Shown one piece after another: positions 18,016 to 27,379 of a stretch of 64,000 nt of DNA. The translations under genes and the position numbers were made by a program. The stretch's first letter is position 1; each line of letters starts with the position of its first letter. Origin of the DNA: Clostridia bacterium (GTDB lineage Bacteria; Bacillota; Clostridia; Christensenellales; Borkfalkiaceae); assembly GCA_900766495.1 (NCBI GenBank), contig CAAFVM010000012.1:9407-73406 (forward strand), read 5' to 3'. Under the pieces are notes generated by a model, which was not told the DNA's origin, searched no databases, and was given only the letters and a program-made list of their open reading frames with translations.

Positions 18016-19278
18016 ATGAGAAATTTTAAAGTTGCCGTTATAGGCGGCGGTTTTTCCGGGCTGTGCGCCGCGGTAAAATTAGGAAAGGTTTTTAATGAAA
18101 AATTGTTGGTGCTTGAAGCCAACAAGCGTGTGGGTAAAAAAATACTTGCCACGGGCAACGGGCAGGGCAATTTGACCAACGCCGACGTGCGCCCCGAATT
18201 TTATCACGGCGACCGCGATTTTGCCGCGCGCGCTCTTGAAAAATATTCTAACGCCGAAATTCTTGAATTTTTTGAAAAGCTCGGTGTTATTACCACCTTG
18301 AAAAACGGAAGATATTACCCCGCGAGCGAGTTTGCCGGGACAATTTGCGACGGTTTGCGTTTTGCCGCGGATGCCTGTGGCGTTACCGTGGTAACCGAAG
18401 CCGAGGTAACCTGCGTTGAAAAAACTAACGGCGGTTTCGTTATAAAAACCAAAAACGGTGCCGAAACATATTTTGCCGAAAAGGTTATTCTCGCTACCGG
18501 CGGAGCGAGCGGCTCGGGCTTTTTTACCGACGGAAAAAGTTACGCGCTTGCAAAAAATTTAGGGCATACGCTTACGCCTCTTCGCCCGTCGCTTGTGCAA
18601 ATAAAAACCGAGCGCGAAAAAATACGCGGGCTTAAAGGAGTTAAAACCGACGCAAAAGTGGCGCTATATGACGATAAACGCCATATTCGCGAATTTTTCG
18701 GCGACGTATTGTTTACCGATTACGGGGTTAGCGGCAACGCGGTATTTGCAATATCGGCTTATTTGGGCGACTGCCGCTCGCCTAAACTTAAAATAGAATT
18801 TCTGCCCGAATTCACCCGTGAAGAACTTACGGATAAATTGACTTTAGCGGTGAAAAATCTTGAAAAAGAAAATAGCCGTGAAAGCAAAAACGAGAATAAA
18901 GTTTCGCTTGAAAGGGCGTGCTTTTCGCTTTTGCCGTCGCGCCTTACGCTTGCCGTTATAAAAGCCGCGGGGTATTCGCCCGCCGCCGTTGCCGACGAAA
19001 AAGCTATTGCCGCCGTCTGCGCAAAAATTAAGAAATTCGAACTCAACGTAGAGGGAACGGTGGGGTTCGACTGCTCGCAGGTAACGGCGGGCGGAATAAA
19101 GACTGCCGAAATTTCCGACGATATGCAAAGCAAACTGAATAAGGGGCTTTATATAATAGGCGAGGAACTTAACGTGGACGGCGATTGCGGCGGGTACAAT
19201 CTGCAATGGGCGTTCACAAGCGCTTCGGTTTGTGCCGACGCCATTATAGCGGAACTGAAAAATAACAAACGCGGCTAA
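18016..19278 (+). CDS. HI0933/BaiN-like FAD-dependent flavoprotein
   Basis: Dinucleotide-binding VAVIGGGFSGLCAA and ILATGNGQGNLTN, with a C-terminal GGYNLQWAF motif typical of the HI0933 family. Confidence 0.8.
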   Translation: MRNFKVAVIGGGFSGLCAAVKLGKVFNEKLLVLEANKRVGKKILATGNGQGNLTNADVRPEFYHGDRDFAARALEKYSNAEILEFFEKLGVITTLKNGRYYPASEFAGTICDGLRFAADACGVTVVTEAEVTCVEKTNGGFVIKTKNGAETYFAEKVILATGGASGSGFFTDGKSYALAKNLGHTLTPLRPSLVQIKTEREKIRGLKGVKTDAKVALYDDKRHIREFFGDVLFTDYGVSGNAVFAISAYLGDCRSPKLKIEFLPEFTREELTDKLTLAVKNLEKENSRESKNENKVSLERACFSLLPSRLTLAVIKAAGYSPAAVADEKAIAAVCAKIKKFELNVEGTVGFDCSQVTAGGIKTAEISDDMQSKLNKGLYIIGEELNVDGDCGGYNLQWAFTSASVCADAIIAELKNNKRG

Positions 19279-19423
19279 TAACGCGGTTAATAAAAATATG
19301 TAAATGGCGCTTGACGATAAAAAAGCAAAACGCTGAAAACGACGGCAAAAAGGCGAAATTAAAAATGCCATAACGAACAGCCTTAACAATAATAAGCAAA
19401 ACGCGAATAAAAAAGGACTAAAA

Positions 19424-20995
19424 GTGAAAAAATTAAGCAATATAAAGCTTGCAATAGGCGAAGACGAAGCGAAAATAAAATATTACTGCGCGAAGAAAGA
19501 GAGAGTTTCGGTAAACGATTTAAAAGCGTTTAAAATAACCAAAAAATCGCTTGACGCGCGCGATAAAAACGATATTTTTTACGTTTATACCGCCGAATAT
19601 TCGTTGGAAAACGAAAAACCGATAAAAAAGGAATATCCAAAGGCAAAGGCTACGGTCGCGGTTATAGGCGGAGGTCCGTGCGGACTTTTCTGCGCGCTGT
19701 ATCTGGCAAGGTGCGGTATGACACCCGTGCTTTTCGAAAGGGGCGAAAACGTTGAAAACCGCGCGCGTACCTGCGACGGTTTTATTAAAACTCGCACGCT
19801 TGACGTAAACAGCAATTTGCAGTTCGGCGAGGGCGGAGCGGGCGCTTTTTCCGACGGCAAGCTTAACACTCAGGTAAACAACGAACGCGTGAAAGCGGTT
19901 GTGGAAGATTTCGTTTTGTTCGGCGCGCCCGAAGAAACGGCGTATCTTTCGCACCCGCACGTGGGAAGCGATAAATTACCCGAAGTGGTAAAAAATATAA
20001 GAAACGAAATAATCCGTTTGGGCGGCAAAGTAAAATTCAACTGCAAATTTACCAAGCCGTATATAACGAACGGTGAGCTTAAAGGAATTTTTTACGAAGA
20101 GCGCGGAAAAAACGGCTACTCGAGCGAGGCAAACTTCGGCGTGAACGACGAAAAATATTTTGCCTGCGACGCCTGCGTTCTTGCCGTGGGGCACAGCGCT
20201 CGCGATTCTTTTAAAACTCTTAATAATTTAGGCGCGGCAATGGAGCCAAAGCCTTTCGCCGTGGGGTTCAGAATAGAACACCTGCAAAGCAAAATAGGCT
20301 TTTCGCAATACGGTAAGCAATATTTGAAATTGCCCGCCGCCGAGTATAAACTGGTTTCGCATGCCGGCGCGCGCGACGTATTCACGTTCTGTATGTGTCC
20401 CGGCGGGCAGGTTATGGCTGCCGCAAGCGAGCAAGGGCGGCTTGTGGTGAACGGAATGAGCCGCTACGCCCGCGACGGAGTTAACGCAAACAGCGCTTTG
20501 GTTTGCGCGGTTACTCCTGCCGATTACGACGGAACCGACCCGCTTTCGGGAGTGCGTTTTCAAATCGCGCTTGAAAAAAAAGCTTACGCTTTCGGCGGAG
20601 AAAACTGGAAAGCTCCCGTGCAGAAGCTCGGCGATTTTATGAAAAACAAAAATTCATCGTCGCTCGGCGAAGTTCTGCCCACCTATCCGCTCGGAACCGC
20701 GTTCGCCCCATTACACGAATTTTTTAAGCCTGAAATAACCGAAAGCCTGAAAGCCGCCATTTGCGATATGGATAAACGCCTTAAAGGTTTCGCTTCGTCC
20801 GACGCGGTGTTTACCGGGGTGGAAAGCCGCACGTCGTCGCCTTTGCGTATTCTGCGCGACGAAAAAGGCGAGTGCGTGAACGTTAGAAATCTTTATCCCG
20901 CGGGCGAGGGGGCGGGATATGCCGGCGGAATAACCAGTGCAGCCGCCGACGGCATAAAAATAGCTATGCTTCTCGCGCAAAAATTCGCAAAATAA
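19424..20995 (+). CDS. FAD-dependent oxidoreductase (COG2509-type uncharacterised dehydrogenase)
   Basis: VAVIGGGPCGLFCALYLA Rossmann motif, FGEGGAGAFSDGKL, and C-terminal YPAGEGAGYAGGI. Confidence 0.7.
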   Translation: MKKLSNIKLAIGEDEAKIKYYCAKKERVSVNDLKAFKITKKSLDARDKNDIFYVYTAEYSLENEKPIKKEYPKAKATVAVIGGGPCGLFCALYLARCGMTPVLFERGENVENRARTCDGFIKTRTLDVNSNLQFGEGGAGAFSDGKLNTQVNNERVKAVVEDFVLFGAPEETAYLSHPHVGSDKLPEVVKNIRNEIIRLGGKVKFNCKFTKPYITNGELKGIFYEERGKNGYSSEANFGVNDEKYFACDACVLAVGHSARDSFKTLNNLGAAMEPKPFAVGFRIEHLQSKIGFSQYGKQYLKLPAAEYKLVSHAGARDVFTFCMCPGGQVMAAASEQGRLVVNGMSRYARDGVNANSALVCAVTPADYDGTDPLSGVRFQIALEKKAYAFGGENWKAPVQKLGDFMKNKNSSSLGEVLPTYPLGTAFAPLHEFFKPEITESLKAAICDMDKRLKGFASSDAVFTGVESRTSSPLRILRDEKGECVNVRNLYPAGEGAGYAGGITSAAADGIKIAMLLAQKFAK

Positions 20996-21237
20996 CAATT
21001 AATTCGTCGCGGTTTGGCAACGCTCGGCAAACAAATTTAAAAATCGTTAAAATATTTGTAAAAATTTTACAAATAAGCGTGACAAAGCGATTTTTTTATG
21101 GTATATTATATTTGCGAGGCAATAGTGCTATTAAAAAATAATCGTTTTTGCTCATAATATAGCGACGAGTTAAGCGCCGGCTTTAAATTTTTTAGCAAAA
21201 TCGCGATAAGCGAGAGTCTTTGAGGGAGGAATTAACT

Positions 21238-21873
21238 TTGGCTGAAATAAAATATTTCGGGCATTCCTGTTTTTATATAAAAGGTAAAGAATTTTCGGTT
21301 GTTACCGACCCGTTTTCGGGAATAGGCTACGAAATGCCGAAAATTACCGCCGACTATTGCACGGTTTCGCACGGGCATTTCGACCATGCCGCTACCGATA
21401 AGGTAAACGCGCGCGTAATTAAAGGCGAAAATGCGGCGTTTACTGGCGAAAAATTGCCTTTTACCGCTATAAAAACTTATCACGACAACGAAAAGGGGGC
21501 TTTGCGCGGGGTAAATTACGCGTTTAAGTTTTGCCTTGACGGCGTTACTTTTTGTCACCTCGGCGATTTAGGCGAAAAATTCAGCGAGGAAGCCGCGAAG
21601 AAAATAGGAAACACCGACGTTTTGTTTATTCCCGTGGGCGGAAATTATACGGTTGACGGCGAGCAAGCCGAAAAGTTTGCGCGGGCGATTGATCCTTATA
21701 TAATTATCCCTATGCACTATAAAACGCCGCGTTCGAAAATTGATATATCCGCGGCGGACGATTTTTGTTCGCGCTTTAACGCCGTTATAAAAAAAGACGA
21801 CGAAATATCGATTGAAAAAGCCGACCTTAAAGAAAAACTTACGGTTTGGCTTTTAGACTCTTCGAACTTTTAA
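21238..21873 (+). CDS. MBL-fold metal-dependent hydrolase (UPF0173-like)
   Basis: KYFGHSCFYI...VVTDPF and VSHGHFDH. TTG at 21238 lies 7 nt after GAGGGAGGA and is preferred over the listed 21220 start. Confidence 0.7.
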   Translation: MAEIKYFGHSCFYIKGKEFSVVTDPFSGIGYEMPKITADYCTVSHGHFDHAATDKVNARVIKGENAAFTGEKLPFTAIKTYHDNEKGALRGVNYAFKFCLDGVTFCHLGDLGEKFSEEAAKKIGNTDVLFIPVGGNYTVDGEQAEKFARAIDPYIIIPMHYKTPRSKIDISAADDFCSRFNAVIKKDDEISIEKADLKEKLTVWLLDSSNF

Positions 21874-21992
21874 TATATAAGAATTTATAAAAACGACGTA
21901 TCATATTTTATAAAATATAAACTACATACAAATATAAAAATCGGTTCCGACCCGAAAGCCGAAAAAGTGAGGGCGGAAACCACGAGGTAGAA

Positions 21993-23411
21993 ATGGACGA
22001 AAAAGGATTGCCCGCCGTAAACGAGCTAAAAGGAATGACTATTCATCAACTGCGCGTATGGCTGAAAAAGCTTGGAGGAACGCCGAGCAACAAGCCGAGT
22101 GCCGTTCTGGTTGAAGAAATAACCGGAATTTTAAACGGTAAACAGCCCGTTAAAAAAAGCAACCGAGGCAGAAAACCTAAATACGTTTTGCAGGAAAGCG
22201 TTGTAAACGTCAACGAAATAAAAAGCGGTTACGCGCGTTTTAAAACCTGCGATAAGCTTCCCGCCGAGTTTTTGTCGGGCAGGAAAGCGCCGCTCAGTGC
22301 GCACGGAGTAACCGCTCCGTTCAGCGTGTCGGTAGCGTCCGACGACAAAGCAGTTCGTCGTCCGGTTATAGCCGACGGCGTACTGGTAGCCGAGTTCGAG
22401 CAGCCCTACATCGTAAACTACGACGAACGTTCGCGCAATCCCGTGTTTTATCTTAAAAACGGGATTGTTGAGTTTTATAAGCTGAAAACAGGCGATTATA
22501 TAACCGGTCATGCGGTTGAAACCTCCGGCAAATATATAACCACCGAGGTTGAAAAAATAAACGGAGTAAGCCGAGACGAATGGAAGCGCGGCGCTAATTT
22601 CGAAGACATTCCGTCGGTTTATCCGTGCGAAAGGTTTACGCTTTCGTCGGCGGTATGCTGCCGCGCGGTCGATTTGTTCAGCCCCATAGGAAAGGGCAGC
22701 CGCGTTCTTATAAAAGAAAGCGCGCGCACCAACACCGACGCATTGCTTTCGGCTGTTTGCTCCGCCGTTCAGAATCAGGCGCATATGGTGTTTATGCCCG
22801 TTTGCGCTATGCCCGAAGATATAGGCGAATATGCCGAAAAACTTAATAAAGCCGAGGTTGTGGCAAGCGATTTCGGAACCGACGGAGACGAGGCTCTTTC
22901 GCGTTTTTACGTTTATTACGAGCGTGCGAAACGACTTTTCGAACAGGGCGAAGACGTGGTTATGGTTATAAATTCGCTTCAAAAGCTTTACCCGCTTATA
23001 GTAAACGCCTATAACGAAGACAAAACGGCTAACGCCATGGCTGAGGTGAAAAGAATTCTTGCCTGCGCCAAAAATTCGGCGGAAAACGGCAGTTTTACCT
23101 TAATTGCTGTTATGGACGAAAGCGAATGCCCCGAACTTTGCGGCGAAATAGAAGAGCTGTTTAATTGCCGAATCGAACTTACGGCTGACGCGAAATATCG
23201 TTCGCTCGGCGGGGTGGACGTTTGCAAGAGTTTTTCTAAACGCATGGATAAAACCTGCGACGAAACCCGCTGCGAAGCCGTGGAAAAACTGCGCGACCTT
23301 ATTATAGAAAAAGACGAACCCGCTATTTTAGCCGAGATCTTTAAAATTGCTTCCGACAACGACGAAATCGCGCTTAACGCCGATAATTTTATTAAAGAGC
23401 TGAAAGCCTGA
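21993..23411 (+). CDS. Rho-like protein with degenerate ATPase motifs (Rho_N-like, OB-like RNA-binding and RecA-like domains)
   Basis: Collinear with Rho throughout. It has an N-terminal SAP-like helix pair and an OB region (GVLV...LKTGDYITG...INGV). RAVDLFSPIGKGSRVLI matches Rho R..DL.SPIG.GQR.LI. Also conserved are EVVASDF, ERAKRLFEQGEDVVMVINS and GSFTLIAV. The P-loop position reads ESARTNTD instead of PPKAGKT. Confidence 0.75.
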   Translation: MDEKGLPAVNELKGMTIHQLRVWLKKLGGTPSNKPSAVLVEEITGILNGKQPVKKSNRGRKPKYVLQESVVNVNEIKSGYARFKTCDKLPAEFLSGRKAPLSAHGVTAPFSVSVASDDKAVRRPVIADGVLVAEFEQPYIVNYDERSRNPVFYLKNGIVEFYKLKTGDYITGHAVETSGKYITTEVEKINGVSRDEWKRGANFEDIPSVYPCERFTLSSAVCCRAVDLFSPIGKGSRVLIKESARTNTDALLSAVCSAVQNQAHMVFMPVCAMPEDIGEYAEKLNKAEVVASDFGTDGDEALSRFYVYYERAKRLFEQGEDVVMVINSLQKLYPLIVNAYNEDKTANAMAEVKRILACAKNSAENGSFTLIAVMDESECPELCGEIEELFNCRIELTADAKYRSLGGVDVCKSFSKRMDKTCDETRCEAVEKLRDLIIEKDEPAILAEIFKIASDNDEIALNADNFIKELKA

Positions 23412-23542
23412 TTTTGTTCGCGTTTAAATTATGCCTTTAATTTTTAATGCGTTTGCGTTTTGTCTCCTGTTGAAGCCGTAAAAAAGCGATTGACGGGCGA
23501 GCGGTTAAAAACGTCGGCAACAAAAAACAAGCCGATTAACAA

Positions 23543-24154
23543 TTAAAAAAGCGATAAAAAATATTCGTATATTTCGTTGCCGCGGTTTTCCATTCTTTCG
23601 GGGTGAAACTGTACGGCAACGATTTTTTTATTTAAATTCTGTATGGCTTCTATTGTTCCGTCGGGCGCCCGCGCACAGATTTTCAGCCCCGCTCCCACAA
23701 TTTTTACCGCCTGTTTATGCGCCGAATTAACCGTAAATTTCTCGCCGAAAAGTTTATATGTAAAACCGCCTTGCGTGCTGAATATCGGGTGGTAAACGTC
23801 GGTTCCCGCGGCGTAGTGCATGTCGGCGCGCCTGATTTTTTGCTCTAACGTTCCGCGAAAATAAACGTTGAGCATCTGCATGCCGCGGCATACCCCCATA
23901 ATAGGCTTGTTTTGCTTTAAAAAAACGGCTATAAGGTATTGTTCCGCGCAGTCGCGTTTTAAATCTACGCCGGTGCAGAACCGTTCGGCGCTGTTATAAA
24001 AACATGGCGAAACGTCGCCGCCGCCCGGCAAAAGCAAGCCGTCGCACTCGCGCGAAAGTTCGGCGTTTTCGCTTATAACCGCCTGTGCGCCCGCGTCGTT
24101 CAACGCGCGCGCGTAATTATCGTAACCTTTGCCGTAAATAAAAATTTTTTTCAT
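23543..24154 (-). CDS. Class I glutamine amidotransferase, peptidase C26 (gamma-glutamyl-GABA hydrolase-like)
   Basis: Nucleophile elbow GVCRGMQMLN, and FHPE near the C-terminus. Confidence 0.75.
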   Translation of the reverse strand: MKKIFIYGKGYDNYARALNDAGAQAVISENAELSRECDGLLLPGGGDVSPCFYNSAERFCTGVDLKRDCAEQYLIAVFLKQNKPIMGVCRGMQMLNVYFRGTLEQKIRRADMHYAAGTDVYHPIFSTQGGFTYKLFGEKFTVNSAHKQAVKIVGAGLKICARAPDGTIEAIQNLNKKIVAVQFHPERMENRGNEIYEYFLSLF

Positions 24155-24345
24155 ACTAACATACTACGCAAAATTTGTTTGTTTTGCCATAGCGTTTTTA
24201 CGTTCGGTTGCGTTAAGGTTGACAAAAAGCGGTTTTAAATGTTAGTATAAATAAAGAAAACATTATTTTTGTTTCAGCCGCGGTTGTTGTTTGTAATATC
24301 GTTATATTTTGCCGCGACGGAAGACGGAAAAAGGAAAAAAATAAA

Positions 24346-25020
24346 ATGCAAAAAATAGGACTTGTTATAGCCATTGAAGAAGAGTTTAAAGTATTTTTAA
24401 AAAAGCTTGGCGGAGCGAAAAACGTTAAAGCGGGTGCCTATGACGTGTGCGAATGCCGTGCGGGCGATAAAATTGTGTATGCTGTGAAGACGGGGGCGGG
24501 TGAGCTTTGCGCCGCGGCGGCAACTCAATTTTTAATAACGGCGTTCGGCGCAGAGCTTATAGTGAACGCCGGCGTTTGCGGAAATTTAAGTAAAAATTTA
24601 AAAATATTAGATACCGTCGTCGTAAAAGAGGTGGTTCACTATCAGTACGACATATCCGCCGTAGACAACTGCGCCGTGGGCAAATACGAACAGTTCGAAA
24701 GCGTGAACATTCCGTCGGATGAGTTTTTCCGCGAAAAAGTGCTGTCGTCGTTTGATTTCATAAAAGAGGCGCGTTGCGCTTCGGGCGATAAATTTATTGC
24801 GGAAAAAGCCGATAAAGAATATTTGGCGAAAAATTTCGGCGCGGAAATATGCGAAATGGAAGCGGCTGGCATAATTATAACCTGCAAGAAAAACGGCGTG
24901 CCTTGCCTTATCGTAAAATCGGTTAGCGACGATTGCGACGATATGGACTTTTTAACATACGTTGAAAAAGCCGCCGAGCAGGTTTCGGACGCGGTTATAA
25001 AAACCGTTTCCGCGCTGTAA
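24346..25020 (+). CDS. Nucleoside phosphorylase family protein, MTA/SAH nucleosidase-like
   Basis: IGLVIAIEEE start, NAGVCGNL, ASGDKF and CEMEAAG are collinear with Pfs/MtnN. Confidence 0.65.
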   Translation: MQKIGLVIAIEEEFKVFLKKLGGAKNVKAGAYDVCECRAGDKIVYAVKTGAGELCAAAATQFLITAFGAELIVNAGVCGNLSKNLKILDTVVVKEVVHYQYDISAVDNCAVGKYEQFESVNIPSDEFFREKVLSSFDFIKEARCASGDKFIAEKADKEYLAKNFGAEICEMEAAGIIITCKKNGVPCLIVKSVSDDCDDMDFLTYVEKAAEQVSDAVIKTVSAL

Positions 25021-25045
25021 AATTTTAACCGAAAAATGTAAATAA

Positions 25046-25080
25046 AAAACGCGGAAAAATAAAGCCGCGTTTAATTTTTT
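25046..25080 (+). terminator. Intrinsic terminator
   Basis: AAAACGCGG-(10 nt)-CCGCGTTT followed by a T-run. Confidence 0.6.
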
Positions 25081-25158
25081 ATGTTAATAAAAAGGTTGAT
25101 AATAAAGGACGGGAAATAAGTTATGCGCGCTTATTAAAACAACTGTTTAAGAAAGCAG

Positions 25159-25596
25159 TCAAATATAATCTTTCAATTTTTCTTCGCTGTTTTCTTCGAA
25201 CACGCGGAATTTTTTCAAAAGTTCCAACACCTCTTTATCTATAAGCGCGCCGCTTTCCGAAATATCGCGTATAAGTTCGGTAACGCCCATAACTGTGCCT
25301 TTCATAGTCATTTCGGCAATGTGCGAATCGGAATCGTCAACCATGGTTTTCATTTTTATAGAAGCCGCAACCATCGACTTTTTCATTCCGCCCACGTCGG
25401 TGAGTTCTATGCCTTTTTCGTGGGCGAGGGCGGCTGCTTCGGTTATGAGTTTTTCGTATCCGTCGCGTTCCGCAAGCAGTTCTTCTTTTAAACCTCCCTG
25501 TGCTTTGGGGATAACGTCGTCGAGCGATACGAGCGCCATTTGCGCGTTTTTGTAACAATTTTGCAATACCGTTTGGGTAATTTTTTGTGTTTCCAT
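25159..25596 (-). CDS. Hypothetical helical protein
   Basis: 145-aa ORF with coding-like composition and predicted helical character. No family recognised. Confidence 0.5.
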   Translation of the reverse strand: METQKITQTVLQNCYKNAQMALVSLDDVIPKAQGGLKEELLAERDGYEKLITEAAALAHEKGIELTDVGGMKKSMVAASIKMKTMVDDSDSHIAEMTMKGTVMGVTELIRDISESGALIDKEVLELLKKFRVFEENSEEKLKDYI

Positions 25597-25738
25597 ACGG
25601 TATTAGTATCGGCTTTCGATGGCTAAAATATACCGTTGCCGAGCAAACTGAAATAAATATTTTAAAAGGCGGGGCGTTTTTTGTTAAACGGCTTAAAAAC
25701 GTTTGACAAAACCTATTGTTTTTTGTTATTCTTTTAAA

Positions 25739-25815
25739 GACCGCTCGGATAAGGCTGTAAGTGCGCTCGCGCCGCCGATTGCTCCGGCGAGATTAGACAG
25801 GAGGATTTTTGTAAG
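25739..25815 (+). ncRNA. Putative ribosomal protein L21 leader (cis-regulatory 5' UTR)
   Basis: TTGACA at 25703-25708 with a weak -10 about 17-18 nt downstream. The resulting 75-80 nt GC-rich leader can form a hairpin (CTCGCGCCG...CGGCGAG) directly upstream of rplU, as in the Firmicute L21 leader. Not verified against a covariance model. Confidence 0.3.
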
Positions 25816-26124
25816 ATGTATGCTATTATCGAAAACGGAAGCAAGCAGTACACCGTTAAAGTCGGCGACGTTGTAAGATTTGAAAAACTTAACGCCAACG
25901 TCGGCGAAAACGTTGAATTTAACGTTCTGCTCGTATCCGACGAGAACGGAATTAAAGCCGGCGCCGACGCGCAGGGTTTTAAAGCCACGGGTGAGGTGCT
26001 TGCGCAAGACAAGGCTAAAAAAGTCATCGTTTACAAGTACAAAGCCAAAAAGAACGAAAGAAGAAAACACGGTCACAGACAACCCTATACGGCTGTAAAA
26101 ATCAGCGCGATAGAGGCTAAATAA
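25816..26124 (+). CDS. rplU: 50S ribosomal protein L21
   Basis: MYAIIENGSKQYTVKVGD N-terminus; 102 aa. Confidence 0.97.
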   Translation: MYAIIENGSKQYTVKVGDVVRFEKLNANVGENVEFNVLLVSDENGIKAGADAQGFKATGEVLAQDKAKKVIVYKYKAKKNERRKHGHRQPYTAVKISAIEAK

Positions 26125-26139
26125 GGAGGAATAATTGCT

Positions 26140-26415
26140 ATGATGTTTTTAATCAGATTATTTGCTCATAAAAAAGGCGTAGGTAGTTCCAGAAACGGAC
26201 GTGACAGCGCGGCTAAACGCCTCGGCGTTAAACGTGCCGACGGTCAGACCGTATCTGCCGGCAGCATTCTTGTTCGCCAGAGAGGCACCAAGATTCATCC
26301 CGGTAACAACGTTGGTATCGGTAGCGACGATACTTTGTACGCTCTTACCGACGGCGTGGTTAAATTCGAACGCCTCGGCAGGGATAAAAAGCAAGTCAGC
26401 ATTTACGCGAAGTAA
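26140..26415 (+). CDS. rpmA: 50S ribosomal protein L27 with Firmicute-type N-terminal propeptide
   Basis: [42 protein letters not shown] lies 10 nt upstream. Confidence 0.95.
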   Translation: MMFLIRLFAHKKGVGSSRNGRDSAAKRLGVKRADGQTVSAGSILVRQRGTKIHPGNNVGIGSDDTLYALTDGVVKFERLGRDKKQVSIYAK

Positions 26416-26431
26416 TTTGCAAATTTTAACG

Positions 26432-26475
26432 GCGTCGGAAGCGTGTGCTTTCGGCGCTTTTATTATATTTTTACG
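26432..26475 (+). terminator. Intrinsic terminator of rplU-rpmA
   Basis: GCGTCGGAAGC-gtgt-GCTTTCGGCGC (two G-U pairs) followed by TTTTATTATATTTTT. Confidence 0.75.
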
Positions 26476-26507
26476 TATTGCCGTAAGGCTTTAACTTACA
26501 AAAGACA

Positions 26508-27362
26508 ATGAAAAAATTAACTTTTTCGTCGGATTATTTCAGTCCGGCCCAAACGCTTGAATGCGGGCAGATTTTCAGGTTTAAAAAGGCGCCTTTAAGC
26601 GGCGAAAACAATAACGGTTACGTGGTTTTTTCGCGCGATAAAGCTTGTTTTTTGGCGGAAGAAAACAACCGAACCTGCGTTTATTGCCTGCCCGAAGACG
26701 AGGAATATTTTTATAATTATTTCGACGAAAGCGAAAATTACGGCGAAATATTTACCCGTGCGAAAAACTGCGGAGTAGACGTTCTTGCAAAAGCCGCCGA
26801 AAGCGGTAAGGGCATAAGAATTTTACGGCAAGACCCGGAAGAAATGCTTTATTCTTTCGTTATTTCGCAAAACAACAACATTCCGCGCATTAAAAAAATC
26901 ATAAACGGTTTGTGCGAGGCTTTGGGCGAGAAAAAAACTATAAACGGGTTCGAATACCGCGCGTTTCCAAAAACGCAGGTTTTAGCCGAACAAACCGAGG
27001 AATTTTTTGTTTCTATGGGTCTTGGTTACCGCGCGGGGTATATGAAAAATTTGTCGGAAGAACTTAAAAACGGCTTGCTCGAAGAAGCTTCGTCGTTAAG
27101 CGGAGAAAAGCTTAAAGCCCGCCTTTTGAAAATAAAGGGAATAGGCGAAAAGGTAGCCGATTGCGCCTGCCTTTTCGGCTTTCACAAAACCGACAGTTTT
27201 CCCGTAGACGTGTGGCTTGAAAAGGTTTACCGCGAGGATTTTAAGGGCGAACTTACCGACAGAAAGAAAATAACCGCGTATTTCACCCAGAAATTCGGTC
27301 AGGATTCGGGTTATTTTCAGCAATATTTGTTTTATTACAAGCGTTCGATAGAGAAAAAATAA
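26508..27362 (+). CDS. 8-oxoguanine DNA glycosylase / HhH-GPD family N-glycosylase (Ogg-type)
   Basis: OGG_N-like start (TLECGQIFRF) and HhH-GPD element IKGIGEKVADCACLFG. Confidence 0.75.
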   Translation: MKKLTFSSDYFSPAQTLECGQIFRFKKAPLSGENNNGYVVFSRDKACFLAEENNRTCVYCLPEDEEYFYNYFDESENYGEIFTRAKNCGVDVLAKAAESGKGIRILRQDPEEMLYSFVISQNNNIPRIKKIINGLCEALGEKKTINGFEYRAFPKTQVLAEQTEEFFVSMGLGYRAGYMKNLSEELKNGLLEEASSLSGEKLKARLLKIKGIGEKVADCACLFGFHKTDSFPVDVWLEKVYREDFKGELTDRKKITAYFTQKFGQDSGYFQQYLFYYKRSIEKK

Positions 27363-27379
27363 GTTGTGATGCCGGCTTC

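Noticed and set aside
25726-26098. Three ORFs: 118 aa and 97 aa antisense to rplU, and 72 aa on the sense strand in another frame.
   Set aside because: They overlap the universally conserved L21 coding sequence and show no independent signals.
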